A stretch of 64,000 nucleotides of DNA, taken from NCBI GenBank assembly GCA_009784615.1, contig WRBJ01000006.1:5760-69759 (forward strand). The letters run 5' to 3'. Position numbers and translations under genes: made by a program. The notes below the pieces were generated by a model. It worked only from the letters and a program-made list of their open reading frames with translations, did no database searches and was not told the origin of the DNA. This DNA is from Defluviitaleaceae bacterium (GTDB taxonomy: Bacteria > Bacillota > Clostridia > Lachnospirales > WRAX01). Positions 20,287 through 29,671 of the stretch are shown here, one piece after another. How positions within the stretch are numbered: position 1 is the stretch's first letter; each line of letters opens with the position of its first letter.

Positions 20287-20376
20287 CTGCATTGTTCCGT
20301 GATTTTACCAACGTGTACAGCCCCATCATTGTTAGTGTTTTTTCTTACATCTATTTAGGTGTGTAGTGCTTTATGG

Positions 20377-20892
20377 TTAATGATGTTCTTCTTCCAGCTC
20401 GGCGATTTGTTTTGTTTGGTGTACTGCGCCAGCTTTGTGGTTTGGCGGGGCATAGATAGTGTATAAGCGTAGCGGTACATTGCCTGTATTTGTTATATTA
20501 TGCCAAGTGCCAGCGGGTACAAAGACTGCGGTATCATCAAAAACAGGTTGCTCGAAATAAAGATTGTCGTGGCTATCTCCCATCTGGCACACGCCATTGC
20601 CGCCTTCTATGCGCAAAAATTGGTCAACGTGGGGATGTACTTCAAGCCCAATGTCATCACCTGGTAAAATGCTCATAACGGTTAATTGCAAATGCGGTCC
20701 CGTCCACAGCACGGTTCTGTATGTGTCGTTGTGTAGGGTCGCCTTTGCAATATCAATAACAAAAGGGCGGCCGCCAAAATCGGTGTGAATTTCTTGCGTC
20801 TGCACGTGGTTATGCTCCATAGCAGACTCATCGTTTTGTGCATAAATACCATAACCAATGGCAGAGCCGGGTGTTATTCCAAAATCGTTCAT
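20377..20892 (-). CDS. Cupin domain protein (YrkC-like)
   Basis: PFVIDI..AT..N..YRT.LWTG.HLQLT.MSI, GLEVHP..DQFLRIE.G.G, VPAGTWHN, LYTIYAPP.H. Confidence 0.88.
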   Translation of the reverse strand: MNDFGITPGSAIGYGIYAQNDESAMEHNHVQTQEIHTDFGGRPFVIDIAKATLHNDTYRTVLWTGPHLQLTVMSILPGDDIGLEVHPHVDQFLRIEGGNGVCQMGDSHDNLYFEQPVFDDTAVFVPAGTWHNITNTGNVPLRLYTIYAPPNHKAGAVHQTKQIAELEEEHH

Positions 20893-20994
20893 TATTAAAT
20901 CTCTCCTAAATCTTTTACATCATTATATGCTTGCGCTTGCAAATGGGTTGTGGTATAATGTACCTTTGATTATTTTCTGAGGAGGTACTTTTTA

Positions 20995-22623
20995 ATGCTT
21001 CAGGATAAAGTATATATTTTTGGACATAAAAATCCAGATACAGATTCTATTTGCGCCGCCGTTGCTTATGCCAATTTAAAACGTGAAATAGGCGTTGTAG
21101 GTGCTACGGCTTATCGTTTGGGCGATATTAGCCTTGAAACCGAATTTGTATTGGATTATTTTGGTGTGCCAATACCTGAGCTATTAACGGATGTTAAGGG
21201 CAGAATAGGAGATTTGAAGGTATACGACCCCGTTTCTATTTTAGAAACCGAGCCTATAAAAACGGCATGGGATATGATGTTAAACAGCGACACAAGCCGT
21301 CTTGTGCCTATTACAGATGGCAGTAATAAACTAAAAGGCATACTTGGTATGGGTAATGTTACGCAGATTTTTATGGATGATTCTGATGACGATATTACAG
21401 AACACCACGAAATTTTATATGAAAATTTGATACGTATTTTAAATGGCAGACAAGTTGGCGGAAATTATAAATACGAGCAATTTTGCGGCAATCTTTATGC
21501 GGGGCCTGTGCCAGATGGTGCGGTTATTTGCGATAAAGACATTGTTATTAGCGGAAGCATTGAAAATGCGTGGAAATTGGCGTATGAATATGATTTTGGT
21601 TGCATTATTTTAACCAATGGCATTGCACCGAAAGGGCTGGAAAATGCCAAAGCAAACATTGTCTGCGTCAATGCGTCTACTTTTAAGGTAGTTAGCCTTA
21701 TAAAACAGGCTATTTCTGTGCGTTCTATAATGAACACCAGCGGCATAATTTCTTTTACAAAGGATGATTATATCGACAAAGTGCTTGAAATTATGCGTGG
21801 TAACCGCTTCCGAAACTTTCCGATAATAAATGATGACGGAACGCTTTATGGCGTGCTATCCCGCCGCCACGTAATGGGCGTTGCTGGTAAAAAAGTAATA
21901 ATGGTAGACCATAACGAGCGTAGCCAAAGCGTGGAAGGGTTGGAGCAAGCCGATATTATAGAGATTATTGACCATCACCGCCTTGCGGATATTCAAACAG
22001 AAGCGCCGCTATATTCGCATATGGAGCCGCTGGGTTGTACCTGCACTATCATTTATAAGATGTATAAAGAACACGAGGCTGAAATTCCGAAAGATATGGC
22101 GGGGCTTATGCTTGCGGCAATTTTGTCAGACACGCTTAATTTTACATCTCCGACAAGCACGTCAATTGATAAGGCAACGGGCGAAAAATTGGCGGCTATT
22201 GCGGGTGTAGACATTGCCGAATTTGGTCGTGCTATGTTTAAGGCGGGTACAAACCTAGATAAAATGAGCATTGCAGAAATGCTTAATGTGGATAGAAAAC
22301 GCTTTAGTTTCGGCGAAAAATCGGCTTATATTTCACAGTTTAACACGCTTGATTTTGAAGCAGTTATGAAGCGTAAAGACGAGATTTTGCAAGAGCTTGC
22401 AAATTTTTATAATGCAAACGAATGTAGCCTTGCTATGTTGATGCTTACTGACCTTGATAGAAACGGTAGTGAGATTTTTGCGGTGGGACGTGCAAAAGAA
22501 ATGGCAGATGTTGCCTTTGGAATGAAATCAGACCAAAATCATATTTTCTTAGATGGCGTGGTTTCCCGCAAAAAGCAAATTGTGCCGGATTTAAGCAAAG
22601 CGGCAGGCGGTAGTGCTGTATAA
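20995..22623 (+). CDS. ppaC: Family II Mn-dependent inorganic pyrophosphatase with CBS/DRTGG regulatory insert
   Basis: GHKNPDTDS, DHNE..QS, IIDHHR, ILSDTL, GVVSRKKQ plus a central insert of about 230 aa. Confidence 0.92.
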   Translation: MLQDKVYIFGHKNPDTDSICAAVAYANLKREIGVVGATAYRLGDISLETEFVLDYFGVPIPELLTDVKGRIGDLKVYDPVSILETEPIKTAWDMMLNSDTSRLVPITDGSNKLKGILGMGNVTQIFMDDSDDDITEHHEILYENLIRILNGRQVGGNYKYEQFCGNLYAGPVPDGAVICDKDIVISGSIENAWKLAYEYDFGCIILTNGIAPKGLENAKANIVCVNASTFKVVSLIKQAISVRSIMNTSGIISFTKDDYIDKVLEIMRGNRFRNFPIINDDGTLYGVLSRRHVMGVAGKKVIMVDHNERSQSVEGLEQADIIEIIDHHRLADIQTEAPLYSHMEPLGCTCTIIYKMYKEHEAEIPKDMAGLMLAAILSDTLNFTSPTSTSIDKATGEKLAAIAGVDIAEFGRAMFKAGTNLDKMSIAEMLNVDRKRFSFGEKSAYISQFNTLDFEAVMKRKDEILQELANFYNANECSLAMLMLTDLDRNGSEIFAVGRAKEMADVAFGMKSDQNHIFLDGVVSRKKQIVPDLSKAAGGSAV

Positions 22624-22635
22624 TGGAGGAAAATA

Positions 22636-23085
22636 ATGGAAAATTTCATTATGAAAAACATTAGTGACATTGAAACAAGAAAAGTAAGTTTTGGCGGTAA
22701 AATGGATTTTTTGGCAAAGCCTGTTATCCCTTGGGATGATGTAAGCACTTGTTCGGCATCTTTTGTCGAAGTCCCTGTTGGAAAAAGCTCCTATCCATAC
22801 CATTGGCACAGCATAGCCGAAGAAATTTTCTATATCATAAGCGGTAAAGGAAGATTGCGTACATTTTACGGCGAAAAAGATGTAAAAGCGGGTGATATGA
22901 TATGTTTCCCGACTGGCGAAAAAGGCGTACACGCAATTGAAAATGCGTCAGATGATGAGCCGTTGGTGTATATTGATTTTGCCACAAACCCTAAAACGGA
23001 TATTGCAGTAGAGCCCGATACAAACCAAGTGATGATTTATGGCAAACATATACCTGATTTAACACTAGATTTGCCAAAGAAATAA
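22636..23085 (+). CDS. Cupin domain protein
   Basis: YPYHWH...EEIFYIISG.G, AGD.ICFP.G..G.H. Confidence 0.88.
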   Translation: MENFIMKNISDIETRKVSFGGKMDFLAKPVIPWDDVSTCSASFVEVPVGKSSYPYHWHSIAEEIFYIISGKGRLRTFYGEKDVKAGDMICFPTGEKGVHAIENASDDEPLVYIDFATNPKTDIAVEPDTNQVMIYGKHIPDLTLDLPKK

Positions 23086-23108
23086 AGGTACAAAGGCGTA
23101 AAATTTTG

Positions 23109-23140
23109 TTGTTGCAATTTTCACAAATTGCTGGTATAAT
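23109..23140 (+). promoter_or_regulatory. sigmaA promoter of hppA with overlapping Rex-like box
   Basis: TTGCAA(23112)-17bp-TATAAT(23135); TTGTTGC-AATT-TTCACAA (23109-23126) overlaps the -35. Confidence 0.55.
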
Positions 23141-23189
23141 TGTCAAATAAAAATAAAAAAAGAAAAAATTTGAAGGGATGTTGTAAATT

Positions 23190-25352
23190 ATGAACTTTGA
23201 TTGGGCTTTTGCAATTGGTGGTGCTGGGGCATTAATTGCTCTTGCTTTCGCCTTTGTGCAAAGCAGGAAGGTAATGAAATTTGACGAAGGTACGGACGGT
23301 ATGAAAAAAATCGCCGCCGCCATTCGTTCTGGCGCAAAAGCATATTTAAAGCGTCAATTTAAGGTTGTAGCAATTTTTTATCTTATCGTTGTTGCCGTTT
23401 TAACTGTTATGGCATTTTTGGGCTTTTTATCACCTTTTATGCCTTTTGCATTTATTCTTGGCGGTGCACTTACGCAATTATCTTCGTTTATCGGTATGAA
23501 AATTGCTACATATGCCAATGTGCGTACAGCCAATGCGGCACAAACCAGCCTTAACAAAGGTTTGCGTGTTGCTTTTTCATCCGGTACAGTTTTGTCATTT
23601 ACGGTGGTTGGTCTTTCTTTATTAGACGTTTCTGTTTGGTTTTTGCTTCTTCGTTTTGTTTTCGACCTTAGCCCAACCGAAATTGCCGACAATATGGTAA
23701 TGTTTGGCGTTGGTGTTGCGGTATTTGCATTATTTGCACGTGTTGGCGGCGGTATTTTTACAAAAGCGGCAGACGTTGGTGCAGACCTTGTAGGTAAGGT
23801 TGAAGCTGGTATACCTGAAGATGACCCACGTAACCCTGCCGTTATTGCCGACAACGTAGGCGACAACGTAGGCGACGTGGCTGGTATGGGTGCAGACCTT
23901 TACGAAAGCTATATTAAATCTATGCACGCCGCTATCGCTCTTGGCTATGCCGCATTTATGCATACCATCCCAACGCAAGGTTTTGATATGGTTTTTGCGT
24001 CAATGTTCTTGCCTGTTGGCTTGGCGGTTGTTGGCGTTATCGCTTCGCTTATCGGCACATTCTTTATCCGCACAAAAGAAACAGCAAGTAAAAAACAGCT
24101 TCTGCATACATTGCGCCTTGGCACATATGGTGCGGCAGGTATAGCCGCCGTTGGTTTTGCTCCGCTTACATATTTTGTAATGGGTAGCGAGAATTGGCTC
24201 GGGCTATATATTGCAATCATCGCTGGTTTGGTTGCAGGCTGTCTTATTGCATATTTTACAGAATATTACACATCTGCGATTTATAAGCCTACACAAAATC
24301 TCGCAAAAGCCTCTGAAACTGGCTCTGCAACCTTCATCATAGGTGGTATTTCGCTTGGTATGAAATCTACAATCTTCCCAATTTTAATAGTTATTGCCGC
24401 TGTTGTTGTTGCGTTTTTATCAGCTGGCGGTGTTATTGGGTCAGACGGCACAGAGTTTACTTTTGCACAAGGCTTGTATGGTATTGGCCTTGCGGCGGTA
24501 GGTATGTTGTCTACTTTAGGTCTAACGCTTGCCTGTGATGCATATGGTCCTGTTGCAGATAATGCAGGTGGCATTGCAGAAATGGCAGGTCTTGACCCAA
24601 TCGTGCGCGAGCGTACAGACGCTCTTGACTCTATCGGCAATACCACAGCCGCTACAGGCAAAGGCTTTGCTATAGGCTCTGCGGCATTAACATCTCTTGC
24701 GTTGCTTGTATCATTTATAAAACTTGCTGTGCGTGAAATTTCAGTGGCAACCGATAATCCAAATTTCACAATGAGCGATTTGGATTTAAGTATTGCTAAC
24801 CCAAGCGTTCTTATAGGTGTATTTATTGGTGCTGGTTTGGTATTTGTTTTCTCTGCGATGACTATGTCTGCTGTTAAAAAAGCGGCGCAAAGCATCGTTG
24901 TGGAAGTTCGCCGTCAGTTTAAAGAAATTAAAGGATTGATGGAAGGCAAAGCAGAGCCTGAATACGAAAAATGCGTTGACCTTTGCACAAAATCTGCCCT
25001 TCGTGAGATGGTAGGACCGACTGCATTGGGCGTTATCACGCCGATTGTTACAGGTTTGGTGTTTGGTGTAGAAGGCGTTATTGGCTTAATTGCAGGCTCT
25101 ACAGTTGTTGGTTTTGTTATGGCTGTATTTATGGCAAATGCCGGCGGTGCGTGGGATAATGCTAAAAAATACATCGAAACAGGCAAACACGGCGGCAAAA
25201 ACAGCGAAAGCCACAAGGCGGCTGTTATCGGCGACACGGTGGGCGACCCATTTAAAGACACAACGGGTCCGTCACTTAACACGTTGTTTAAAATGGTTTC
25301 TACAGTAGCAATGGTTTTTGTTGGTATCATTGTTACTTACTCAATCTTCTAA
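23190..25352 (+). CDS. hppA: Membrane-bound ion-translocating pyrophosphatase, K+-dependent type
   Basis: GGGIFTKAADVGADLVGKVE, EDDPRN, DNVGDNVGD, DAYGPVADNAGG, GNTTAA (Ala = K+-dependent), GDTVGDPFKDT. Confidence 0.96.
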   Translation: MNFDWAFAIGGAGALIALAFAFVQSRKVMKFDEGTDGMKKIAAAIRSGAKAYLKRQFKVVAIFYLIVVAVLTVMAFLGFLSPFMPFAFILGGALTQLSSFIGMKIATYANVRTANAAQTSLNKGLRVAFSSGTVLSFTVVGLSLLDVSVWFLLLRFVFDLSPTEIADNMVMFGVGVAVFALFARVGGGIFTKAADVGADLVGKVEAGIPEDDPRNPAVIADNVGDNVGDVAGMGADLYESYIKSMHAAIALGYAAFMHTIPTQGFDMVFASMFLPVGLAVVGVIASLIGTFFIRTKETASKKQLLHTLRLGTYGAAGIAAVGFAPLTYFVMGSENWLGLYIAIIAGLVAGCLIAYFTEYYTSAIYKPTQNLAKASETGSATFIIGGISLGMKSTIFPILIVIAAVVVAFLSAGGVIGSDGTEFTFAQGLYGIGLAAVGMLSTLGLTLACDAYGPVADNAGGIAEMAGLDPIVRERTDALDSIGNTTAATGKGFAIGSAALTSLALLVSFIKLAVREISVATDNPNFTMSDLDLSIANPSVLIGVFIGAGLVFVFSAMTMSAVKKAAQSIVVEVRRQFKEIKGLMEGKAEPEYEKCVDLCTKSALREMVGPTALGVITPIVTGLVFGVEGVIGLIAGSTVVGFVMAVFMANAGGAWDNAKKYIETGKHGGKNSESHKAAVIGDTVGDPFKDTTGPSLNTLFKMVSTVAMVFVGIIVTYSIF

Positions 25353-25362
25353 AAATAGCAAA

Positions 25363-25396
25363 TAAAAGGCGACTTGCTTATTGCAGTCGCCTTTTA
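25363..25396 (+). terminator. Intrinsic terminator
   Basis: taaaaggcgact-tgcttattgc-agtcgcctttta. Confidence 0.85.
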
Positions 25397-25403
25397 TAAT
25401 GAC

Positions 25404-25432
25404 TTGACAGTGAAATCTTATTGCGTTATAAT
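25404..25432 (+). promoter_or_regulatory. Consensus sigmaA promoter
   Basis: TTGACA-17bp-TATAAT upstream of the methyltransferase. Confidence 0.8.
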
Positions 25433-25523
25433 TTGATAAGGGGGATGAAAAAAGATTAGTATTGATTTTGAGCATTTTGATGAAGAAATAGGTGGTTTTA
25501 TTTGTGGAGATAACTTAAATGCA

Positions 25524-26468
25524 ATGTCGTTTTTGCTTGCAAATGGGTTTGCAAATAAATTTGATTTGGTTTATATAGACCCACCGTTTTCTACAAGCAA
25601 TATTTTTACAGTGTGCGAGCGTACCAGCACAATTAGTCGCACAAACGGCGGCACAATTGCTTATTCTGATAAATTTAGCAAAGGTGAATTTTTGGACTTT
25701 CTTCGTCAAAGATTACTTTCGATACGAGAACTAATGAGCGAACAAGGCTCTATTTATCTTCATATTGATACAAAAATTGGACATTATGTAAAAATTTTGA
25801 TGGATGAGGTTTTTGGCGAGGAGAATTTTCTTTCGGAGATAACAAGAAAAAAATCTAATCCTAAAAACTTTAGCCGTAAGACATATGGCAATGAAAAAGA
25901 TGTAATTTATTTTTATGCAAAGTACGCTGACAAGCATATTTGGAATAATATTACAATACATCACAACAAAAAGGACTTGGAAAGAATATACCCTAAAATA
26001 GATACAGATGGTCGGCGATATAATACTGTTCCTTTACACGCACCAGGCGAAACTGTTGATGGAGCAACTGGTGGCGCTTGGAAGGGAATGAATCCGCCTG
26101 CTGGTCGCCATTGGCGTACTTCGCCAAAGGAATTGGATATTTTGGATGCCAAAGGCTTAATTGAATGGTCAAAAAACGGTAATCCGAGGCTGAAAAAGTT
26201 TGCGGATGAACATAAAGGTAAGAAAATTCAAGACATCTGGTTGGATTTTAAAGACCCCCAATACCCAAAATATCCAACGCAAAAGAATTATGATATGTTG
26301 GATTTAATTATTAGACAATCATCAAGCCCCAGCTCTTGGGTTTTGGATGTTTTTATGGGTAGCGGCACAACGCTTGTTGCCGCAAAAAACAATGGTCGGC
26401 AGTTTGTAGGTATTGATAATTCGGAAATAGCAATTAATATTGCGAGAAAATTGCTTTGCGAGGTGTAG
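25524..26468 (+). CDS. Orphan site-specific DNA amino-methyltransferase (beta class, m6A/m4C); 5' end uncertain
   Basis: YIDPPF (motif IV) precedes YPTQK and DVFMGSGTT (motif I); the open frame extends upstream to 25449 and includes ICGDNL; no restriction enzyme nearby. Confidence 0.88.
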   Translation: MSFLLANGFANKFDLVYIDPPFSTSNIFTVCERTSTISRTNGGTIAYSDKFSKGEFLDFLRQRLLSIRELMSEQGSIYLHIDTKIGHYVKILMDEVFGEENFLSEITRKKSNPKNFSRKTYGNEKDVIYFYAKYADKHIWNNITIHHNKKDLERIYPKIDTDGRRYNTVPLHAPGETVDGATGGAWKGMNPPAGRHWRTSPKELDILDAKGLIEWSKNGNPRLKKFADEHKGKKIQDIWLDFKDPQYPKYPTQKNYDMLDLIIRQSSSPSSWVLDVFMGSGTTLVAAKNNGRQFVGIDNSEIAINIARKLLCEV

Positions 26469-27041
26469 ATGAAAGGGTTGTTTATTCAATATAATTCGCC
26501 GGTGGTGCTTACTTTTGGGGCGGTTTCGTTATTTGCGCTTTTGCTTGGGCAATGGACAGACCACGCCAGTACGTGGGCTGTTTTTTCGGTATATCGCAGT
26601 AGTTTTACCGACCCTTTGGCATATGTAAGAATTTTATTACACGTGTTAGGCCACGCTAACTTCGAGCATTTTTTTAGTAATTTTTTGATAATACTATTGG
26701 TTGGACCAATGTTAGAAGAACGCCACGGCGGCAAGAATATTTTGTTACTTATCGCTTTTACTGCGCTTATAACGGGTTTGGTGCAGATAATTTTTTTTGA
26801 CACGGCTTTGCTTGGCGCAAGCGGCATTGTGTTTATGTTTATGATTTTGGCAGGATTTGCTAATCTGCAAAAAGGGCGTATTCCTCTTACGCTAATACTG
26901 GTTGTTGTTATTTTTATTGGGCGAGAATTTATTGGCAGTATTACAATAGACGACCAAATTTCACGCATAACGCATATTGTTGGCGGGCTTTGCGGTGCGG
27001 TTTTTGGCATAATTATAAATAAACAATCTTTGTTTAAATAA
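26469..27041 (+). CDS. Rhomboid family intramembrane serine protease
   Basis: H..GHA...HF..N, LEE, GASG, HIVG. Confidence 0.9.
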   Translation: MKGLFIQYNSPVVLTFGAVSLFALLLGQWTDHASTWAVFSVYRSSFTDPLAYVRILLHVLGHANFEHFFSNFLIILLVGPMLEERHGGKNILLLIAFTALITGLVQIIFFDTALLGASGIVFMFMILAGFANLQKGRIPLTLILVVVIFIGREFIGSITIDDQISRITHIVGGLCGAVFGIIINKQSLFK

Positions 27042-27055
27042 ATGGAGGTGTAGTA

Positions 27056-27454
27056 ATGAGCAAGTCGGATTTGGCGGCAGAAAAATTTAATAGCGGATTA
27101 AGTTGCTCGCAGGCGGTGTTATGCGCTTTTGCTGATGATTTTTCTATTGACGAAAATCTTGCAAGATTTATTTCTTGCGGTTTTGCAGGTGGTATGAAGC
27201 GTGGCGAAACCTGTGGTGCATTGTCTGGCGGAATAATGGCTTTAGGTTTACAAGCTGCGCAAACCGAAAAAAGCGTGCAGGCGCATAAAGAGCTATGTTT
27301 TGGTGCAGTGGCGCAATTGATGAATGATTTCGAGCAAAAACACGGCTCTGTGCTTTGTCGTGAGCTAATTAAAGACAAGCCCGACAGAAAGCCATTTTGC
27401 ACAGAATTAGTACGCAATGTCGTCGAATTGGTCGAAAAAAACACTTGCAATTAA
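27056..27454 (+). CDS. C_GCAxxG_C_C family putative redox protein
   Basis: CSQAV, GFAGG, GETCGALSG, CREL and a final C. Confidence 0.9.
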   Translation: MSKSDLAAEKFNSGLSCSQAVLCAFADDFSIDENLARFISCGFAGGMKRGETCGALSGGIMALGLQAAQTEKSVQAHKELCFGAVAQLMNDFEQKHGSVLCRELIKDKPDRKPFCTELVRNVVELVEKNTCN

Positions 27455-27490
27455 TCACAACATACGATATAATGGCTTTGTATTTATTAT

Positions 27491-27585
27491 GGGAGTAGAT
27501 GGGTGCTGGTGTGCCTTGCGGTCTTCAAAACCGTTGTTTGCGTGATGAGCGCATAGGTGGGTTCGATTCCCACATATTCCCGCCA
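27491..27585 (+). tRNA. selC: tRNA-Sec (anticodon UCA)
   Basis: 95 nt; anticodon arm gcggt-cTTCAaa-accgt, long variable arm, T arm gtggg-ttcgatt-cccac, ends in GCCA; sigmaA-like promoter upstream. Confidence 0.95.
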
Positions 27586-27644
27586 AAAATTCGGCATTGC
27601 CTTTAAATATAATAAACGACCCTTTTGCGGGTCGCTTATTTATG

Positions 27645-29381
27645 TTAGTACGTGATTATCACACGCCAATCGCCTTCTTCCCACTGCACATCTGCCCCAA
27701 AGGCTTCTGCTACAAACCTTGCGGGTACAAAGGTTCTGCCGTTTATTATTACGGCTTGTCCCATATTGTTTGGTAGGAGTTGGTTTGTTGGTATTGTTAT
27801 TACTTGTGTGGTTATTGTGTCGTTTGTTTCTTCAATATCCCTTGTTATTATCACTGTCCACGTTTCGTCATCAAAGGCTACATTTGCGCCAAAGGTCTCT
27901 GCTATTATGCGTATTGGCACCATTGCTCTTTGGTGCTCTGGGTCTATAAAGGTTGCGCCCATATTACTTTCTGTGTATATGCCGTTTATGTTATATACAT
28001 TTACGCCTATTAGCAGTTGTAGTATGGTTGGGATATATTGTGGTTCGTTTATTGTTATTGTTGCTATGTTTGATGTTGTTTGTGCTGTGTTGTTGCCGGT
28101 CTATTTGGTTTGCATTGTTGTTGTTTGTTATTATTACACGGTAACGGTTTATGCGGGTTGTGGATGGTGTGGTTGTGTCTATTGTTAGCTCGTTGTTTGT
28201 TGCGCCTTGTATTGGTGCGAAAAAGCCGCCCGTTGCGCCGTCTGCTTTATACCATTGGTAGGTTAGTGTGCCGTTATCGGAGGATGTTGCTGTTACGGAT
28301 AGTGTGTGGGTTGAGCCTGCAATTAGTTCTATAGATTGTGGTTGTTGTGTAATACGTGGTGTTGCGGCGTGGGTTTGTTGTGGTTGTGGGTCTGGTTCTA
28401 TTGTTTCTATTGCTTGCCAGATTGCTGTAAATGTTCTGTTTTCTGTTATATTATTAAGGTTTAGGGCTGGTTGCCAGCCGTTAAAGGTATAGCCGTTGCG
28501 GGTTGGGTTTGATGTTAGGGGTGTTGCATTGCCGCCTTGGTTAATGGTTTGTGATAATAGTGATTGGTTGCCTTGGTATGTGCCGCCGTTTAGGGCAAAG
28601 GTTACGGTGTGGGTTGTTGTTTGGGTGGATGTTATTGTGATTTGTAAATCTTGATAGTGGCTTCCTGCGGCATTTTGTGCGGTTATTCTAAAGTTGAATG
28701 TGCCTGTTTGTGTTGGTGTGCCCGATATTGTATTTCCGTTCAAAGTCAAGCCACTGGGAAGGCTTCCGCTTGTTATGCTCCAAATTGGGGATGGAAAACC
28801 TGTGGCGGTAAGGTCTTGGCTATAGGGTGTAGCTACTGTGCCGTTTGGCAGGGATGTTGTGGTTATTGTGGGGGGTGTGTTGGGGGTGTTGCCTGTTATT
28901 GTGCCGCTACCTATTATTGTAGCTGTAGGCGAATTGTTGATTGTACCGTTGTTGGTGATTATGGCTGCGTTATCTATCATATTATTGTTGTTAATTATAC
29001 CGTTGTTGGTTAGTCCGTTTGTGCTTGTAAAAAGGAAAAGTTCGCCGTTATTAACAATTGTGCCTTCGTTGATAATTAGAATGCCTGTGCTTTGTGCAAT
29101 AAAAGACACACTGTTGTTTATTGTAAGCGTGTTGCCGCTTTGTATAATGAGGGTGGTATTGTTGTTTAATAGTAGAATTGAAGTAATTGTAATATCACCT
29201 GTTATTGTTACAGTGCCGCCCGATGGTGGAACTGCGCCAAGGGCGTTGCGCAAATCTTGTTCGGTTGTTATGCTAAGAGGGGCGATTTCGATGTGGTCTG
29301 TGTTGTTGGCGAAGGCGGTGATTGCAAATATTGCCGATAGTATTGCCGATAGTAGAATATTAGCTTGGTGCGTTTTTTCAT
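27645..29381 (-). pseudogene. Doubly frameshifted secreted surface protein (Asn-rich repeats, putative Ig, InlB-B-repeat, Ig, stalk domain)
   Basis: ATG 29381 with RBS aggag is out of frame with the signal-peptide frame (ILLSAILSAIFAITAFA); a second shift near 28098 joins ORF 27991-29253 to the stalk-domain ORF 27645-27962. Confidence 0.8.
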
Positions 29382-29469
29382 AATGTCATCTCCTGTGATA
29401 TGTTTTTTGGTATTATAGCATAGGTTGTGGGTTGGGGTCAAGGGTTTTGGGTAACTTGATGTTGGGTGG

Positions 29470-29604
29470 CTGGATTGCTTCGGGGTTGGCTACCCTCGTT
29501 TTCGTAGGAGCGTCCCTCGCAATGACGGTAGCCCTTGGTGCTTTCGTCATTGCGAGGGCTACTAAGTGCTTAGGGCAATACGCATCAAGCCCGAAGCAAT
29601 CTAG
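29470..29604. repeat. Inverted pair of CGTC-type REP-like palindromic elements
   Basis: ctggattgcttcggg (29470) pairs with cccgaagcaatctag (29590); ccctcgcaatgacg (29514) pairs with cgtcattgcgaggg (29545). Confidence 0.75.
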
Positions 29605-29671
29605 TAAATAAAAGATGAGATTGTTTGTTAGTTAAAGGCGTGGTATAATGTAATGGTGGAGGTGTATACAT

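Noticed and set aside
19758-20340. Integron attC site around the lipoprotein islet (gtctaac)
   Set aside because: No matching GTTRRRY end at a suitable distance and no integrase
27056-27454. C_GCAxxG_C_C protein as a selenoprotein because it neighbours selC
   Set aside because: All motif positions are Cys codons and the gene ends in TAA
28838-29383. Hydrophobic + strand ORFs over the surface-protein gene (also 27652-28188)
   Set aside because: Antisense shadows produced by the extreme G/T bias; no RBS or family motifs
27586-29670. Integrative element at tRNA-Sec
   Set aside because: No duplicated tRNA 3' end (att site) and no integrase visible
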